Positions 53,254-56,046 of a stretch of 56,046 nucleotides of DNA are shown in pieces. Source of the DNA: a virus (Duplodnaviria; Caudoviricetes); the IMG/VR virus record IMGVR_UViG_3300021226_000025, positions 1-56,046 of that record; one strand, given 5' to 3'. The notes under the pieces were generated by a model. It searched no databases, had not been told where the DNA came from, and saw nothing but the letters and a program-made list of their open reading frames with translations. The position numbers were made by a program, and so were the translations under genes. Each line of letters starts with the position of its first letter. The first letter of the stretch is position 1.

Positions 53254-54642
53254 TCATGTCCACCCCACGGCAGAAACTGGTTTAATCTCCCGGCGCTGGG
53301 GCAAGTGTGACCCTTCCCCAACACTGGTAATGTGCAGCATCAGATACTGCAACGCCTCGGCTACGTGGGAATGTTTGTTCTTCTCGATGTCAGCATCACC
53401 TTTCGGTTTGTAGCGATACCCGCCCATCATCGCTGCCTTGAGTTGTGTGCACTCAGGGGTAACGACGAACGCTGGGTCACCGTCTACTTGACGCATGAGG
53501 AAGTCGTCCACTGCGTTGATACGTGCCGAGATGTTGTTGGTCTTGGCAGGGAAAACCCTTAGACCTTCGGCCTTGATGATGTCCACTGCCGAGCGTTCAT
53601 CGGTCTGCGCCCGCTGTACACCCGCAGGGTCGGTGACGACTATGACTGGTGCACCGGGAAATTTTTCGTACAGCATGGGTTTGAGCATGGTGCGGATGAA
53701 CCGCTGGATACCCATGTCAAACGATACACACTCGCCAAGTATCAGTGCCCGACCACGTGGGTCTTGTTGACCGAGCACAGCCGCCGGGGTGAGGCCCAAG
53801 TCCATCCCAATGACAATGGGTCGAACCCCATTGTTGATATAGCGAAGTCTCTGCTTAGCCATATGATAGTCCGGCCTGAAATACTTGTAGACAGGCATAC
53901 CAGCCGAGGAGAGTCCATACTCGCCGTCGATGTAAACCCGCACGTATTCTTCTGAGCGACCTTGCGTGTCGTAGTATCCGTCTGGCAGGTTCTCGATGTT
54001 TTCTGCAAAAGCCGAGCGACCTGACGGCTGTTTGAACACATCCCACCCGTTGTCGTTTGGAGATACGCCATCTTTGGGGTCTAAGCCTTCCATCTGGTAA
54101 TACCACCAAGTGTCCATCGTCGGAGGGTTGGTGTCGCCCCACATCCCGTGCCACGTTGGGCCGCCGTCTTTGGCAGAGGGAAAACGCCCAATACGTTTAG
54201 ACATCGCGTCAACAATGTCGGGGTGGATGTCTCTACACTCGTTGAACCATGCGAAGGACAACTCCAAGGAGTTCAAGTTGGCAACGTCGTCAGCGTCGTC
54301 CAGTGCACGGAACATAATCTCGCACTCTACGTCGCCCACCTTGAAGAAGTAAGTCTTGGTGGTGCGCATGTAGTCCCCGCACTGTCCGGGCGGGAACCAA
54401 TCGAGAAACGTCTTGATGGTTGTATCTTGCAACTGCCGCGCCGTTTCACGGACGATGGCAGCGCGGGTCTTGCGTATCCCTTGCTGGTTGGGCTTCTGGA
54501 GACTCGCCCGTCTGATTACCTCAAACGAACAAGTCACCGATTTGCCCGAGCCGACTGGCCCCATCAGTACGCGCATCTTCGCGTCTGACTCCATAAACCG
54601 CTCGCCAGTTGGCGGCGGTGTATAGTTAATATCCAGTGCCAT
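53254..54642 (-). CDS. terL: Terminase large subunit
   Basis: GPVGSGKS, WFNE, DTNP, GMDLG, DPAG, SHVAEALQY. Confidence 0.95.
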   Translation of the reverse strand: MALDINYTPPPTGERFMESDAKMRVLMGPVGSGKSVTCSFEVIRRASLQKPNQQGIRKTRAAIVRETARQLQDTTIKTFLDWFPPGQCGDYMRTTKTYFFKVGDVECEIMFRALDDADDVANLNSLELSFAWFNECRDIHPDIVDAMSKRIGRFPSAKDGGPTWHGMWGDTNPPTMDTWWYYQMEGLDPKDGVSPNDNGWDVFKQPSGRSAFAENIENLPDGYYDTQGRSEEYVRVYIDGEYGLSSAGMPVYKYFRPDYHMAKQRLRYINNGVRPIVIGMDLGLTPAAVLGQQDPRGRALILGECVSFDMGIQRFIRTMLKPMLYEKFPGAPVIVVTDPAGVQRAQTDERSAVDIIKAEGLRVFPAKTNNISARINAVDDFLMRQVDGDPAFVVTPECTQLKAAMMGGYRYKPKGDADIEKNKHSHVAEALQYLMLHITSVGEGSHLPQRREIKPVSAVGWT

Positions 54643-54911
54643 TACGAACGGTCAGGGAAGATACCGTCGATGCAGATGATTTTGCTGGGCTTGCCAATCT
54701 CCCAGCCGTGGCGCTTGACACCGTGGTCATCTGTCGGGCGCAGGTCAGGCAACGCAAAATTGTTCACCCCGTCGCCGCCATAAATCGTGCCGAGGATGGC
54801 AAACAGTGCGTTGTACGTGCCAACCTTGATGAGTTGCCCGTCACACGACGCCCAATTTCTCGGTGCAAAACTGCCGCCAAACTCACGTATCTCTCCAATG
54901 TATCCGTCCAT
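54642..54911 (-). CDS. Stand-alone phage tail collar domain protein
   Basis: IGEIREFGG.FAP.NW..CDG...LFAILG..YGGDG..FALPDLR. Confidence 0.9.
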   Translation of the reverse strand: MDGYIGEIREFGGSFAPRNWASCDGQLIKVGTYNALFAILGTIYGGDGVNNFALPDLRPTDDHGVKRHGWEIGKPSKIICIDGIFPDRS

Positions 54912-54913
54912 GA

Positions 54914-55123
54914 CTACTCTCCTTGTGTAAATGGTTCAACAATCATAACGAGGAACTCTCGCCCCCGCCTCTTGTGTTTGACAATCTTCGTCTTGTAAGA
55001 CTTGTTCAACCACTTGAGGTTGGTCTCCATATTATGTGCTTCGCTGGCGCTGGTAAACCGCGCCATCTTCAACCCTTCGTACTCCTCGTCAAACCTACTC
55101 AGTATGCTCGATGGCAGCGACAT
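54914..55123 (-). CDS. Hypothetical protein
   Basis: GAGGTG RBS. Confidence 0.7.
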   Translation of the reverse strand: MSLPSSILSRFDEEYEGLKMARFTSASEAHNMETNLKWLNKSYKTKIVKHKRRGREFLVMIVEPFTQGE

Positions 55124-55571
55124 CGGTCACCTCGTTTTCAATCACTTGCGTTTCGTGGCGCTGCCCACCCAGATTGATGGTGATGCGCACGCCGCCAGTG
55201 CCGCCTTCGGCAACAGCGTCGTTCTTGGGTTCGAGTCCTCCCCACTTGACAGTGGACTTGATGAGGTCGGCTTTAACTGCGGGGGATACGGCGGGGTCGT
55301 GAATCAACATCCAAGAAGTTGTCAGGAGTTCTTCGGCTTGGGCGCGGGCCTTGAGTTTGAACGTCAGCCCTTTGTCTTGGATTTCGCCACGGTAGTGGTC
55401 TACCTTCTTCAGAAACACCGGGTCGGCGTTGAAGGTAAGAATGTCGTTGCCAGATATTTTGTGTCGGGTGATGACCTCTTGCAAGGTTTCCCCGCTGCCC
55501 TCCAGCATGAGGGCTACATCAAACGCCAACCTATCTGACCACTTAACGTGGTGTAGTGGAAGTGTGTCCAT
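55095..55571 (-). CDS. terS: Terminase small subunit (putative)
   Basis: First gene of packaging arm; HTH-like N-terminus, helical core, ITINLG C-terminal strand. Confidence 0.65.
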   Translation of the reverse strand: MDTLPLHHVKWSDRLAFDVALMLEGSGETLQEVITRHKISGNDILTFNADPVFLKKVDHYRGEIQDKGLTFKLKARAQAEELLTTSWMLIHDPAVSPAVKADLIKSTVKWGGLEPKNDAVAEGGTGGVRITINLGGQRHETQVIENEVTDVAAIEHTE

Positions 55572-55577
55572 GATTCG

Positions 55578-55607
55578 ACTATATGTTGTGGGATACGTGG
55601 TTGTCAA
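55578..55607 (-). promoter_or_regulatory. terS promoter, probably leaderless
   Basis: TTGACA-N18-TATAGT, 6 nt before ATG 55571; no SD. Confidence 0.7.
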
Positions 55608-55609
55608 GC

Positions 55610-55625
55610 GGTTTCACGTGGAACA
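55610..55625. promoter_or_regulatory. parS: Chromosomal-type parS site
   Basis: GGTTTCACGTGGAACA (reverse complement TGTTCCACGTGAAACC), 15/16 match to TGTTCCACGTGAAACA. Confidence 0.8.
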
Positions 55626-55769
55626 GTTTATATCAAAGTTACTGCGGTTTATCCTGTTCGAGATAACTTTACACGTTCCTTTTTTTGGGTCTTGCTTTAA
55701 GGGGTTTACTATCATGGGGCGGGGTGTCGCAACGGCAGTCCATGTGCCCCCCCTCCTGCCAGCCAGCGC

Positions 55770-56046
55770 ATCGCATCGGCGCACCCCCCACCCCCCCCCC
55801 CCCCCCCCCCATTTTCCTGGTGTTTGACAAATTTTACAGATATGTCAATCTAAAAGTTTTGATATAGAAGGACCGACACACCGCGTGAAAAGGGGCGCGC
55901 ACGCTCGCTCGTTAACAGGCGCACATGGCGTGTGCGAACATGGGGTCAAAGCGGATCTACAACAGAGGGACAGCCCCCCGTCTTCTACGCTGCGAGACAT
56001 CACGACACCTAACACCTCTACAACGGCGGCGTGCCGGCGGAGACAA
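55770..56046. repeat. Terminal overlap with bases 1-~277 (circularisation), degraded copy
   Basis: ATCGCATCGGCGCACCCCC...TGGTGTTTGACAAATTTTACAGATATGTCAATCT occurs at both 1 and 55770; identity decays progressively after the poly-C run. Confidence 0.9.

Noticed and set aside
52908-53324. 138-aa ORF as called in the track
   Set aside because: The extension crosses a terminator and promoter; the RBS supports ATG 53096
20520-54625. Long + strand ORFs in the late arm (e.g. 25241-25885, 28431-29072, 48648-49211, 52081-52677)
   Set aside because: Antisense shadows of well-supported genes, with no recognisable motifs
54642-54911. Microcystin-related function
   Set aside because: That label is a legacy annotation of collar-domain proteins; nothing here supports it
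55770-56046. Diverged terminal repeat or third copy of the early cassette
   Set aside because: Identity to 1-277 decays steadily after a homopolymer and the ORF is destroyed; this fits a low-quality read tail, not biology
1-56046. tRNA genes, integrase/att site, phage RNA polymerase, stop-codon recoding, introns or inteins
   Set aside because: None seen by eye; core genes are intact and of normal length in the standard code. A covariance-model search is needed to exclude small RNAs

Overview
This window is an apparently complete ~55.77 kb tailed dsDNA phage genome with podovirus-type architecture. The host is probably a Gram-negative proteobacterium, inferred from sigma70 promoters, IHF boxes and a nut/rrn-type boxA. 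Bases 55770-56046 are an error-rich copy of bases 1-~277, so the contig closes on itself. There are two opposed arms. The + arm (168-19961) carries small early genes, an AAA ATPase / helical protein / metallopeptidase-vWA triad, family A DNA polymerase, a Cas4-like exonuclease, VRR-NUC, an SNF2 helicase, an SSB-like protein, an HTH regulator and a primase-helicase. The - arm (55571-19958) carries TerS, TerL, portal, scaffold, capsid, adaptors, fibres, a 2OG-Fe(II) oxygenase, lysis genes, the tail nozzle and large ejection proteins. I saw no integrase, tRNA, CRISPR array or reverse transcriptase. The most unusual part is the ~2 kb control region spanning the junction, which appears to borrow host machinery the phage does not encode: a chromosomal-type parS next to the terS promoter, a consensus boxA ahead of three tandem terminators, an iteron/IHF origin-like element, and a duplicated promoter-leader-gene-terminator cassette. 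Other highlights are a lytic transglycosylase-SGNH esterase fusion, five beta-clamp-like motifs and a nested gene within the 2711-aa ejection protein gene, and an ATT-initiated lysis-region gene. All family assignments come from motifs recognised by eye, not from database searches.
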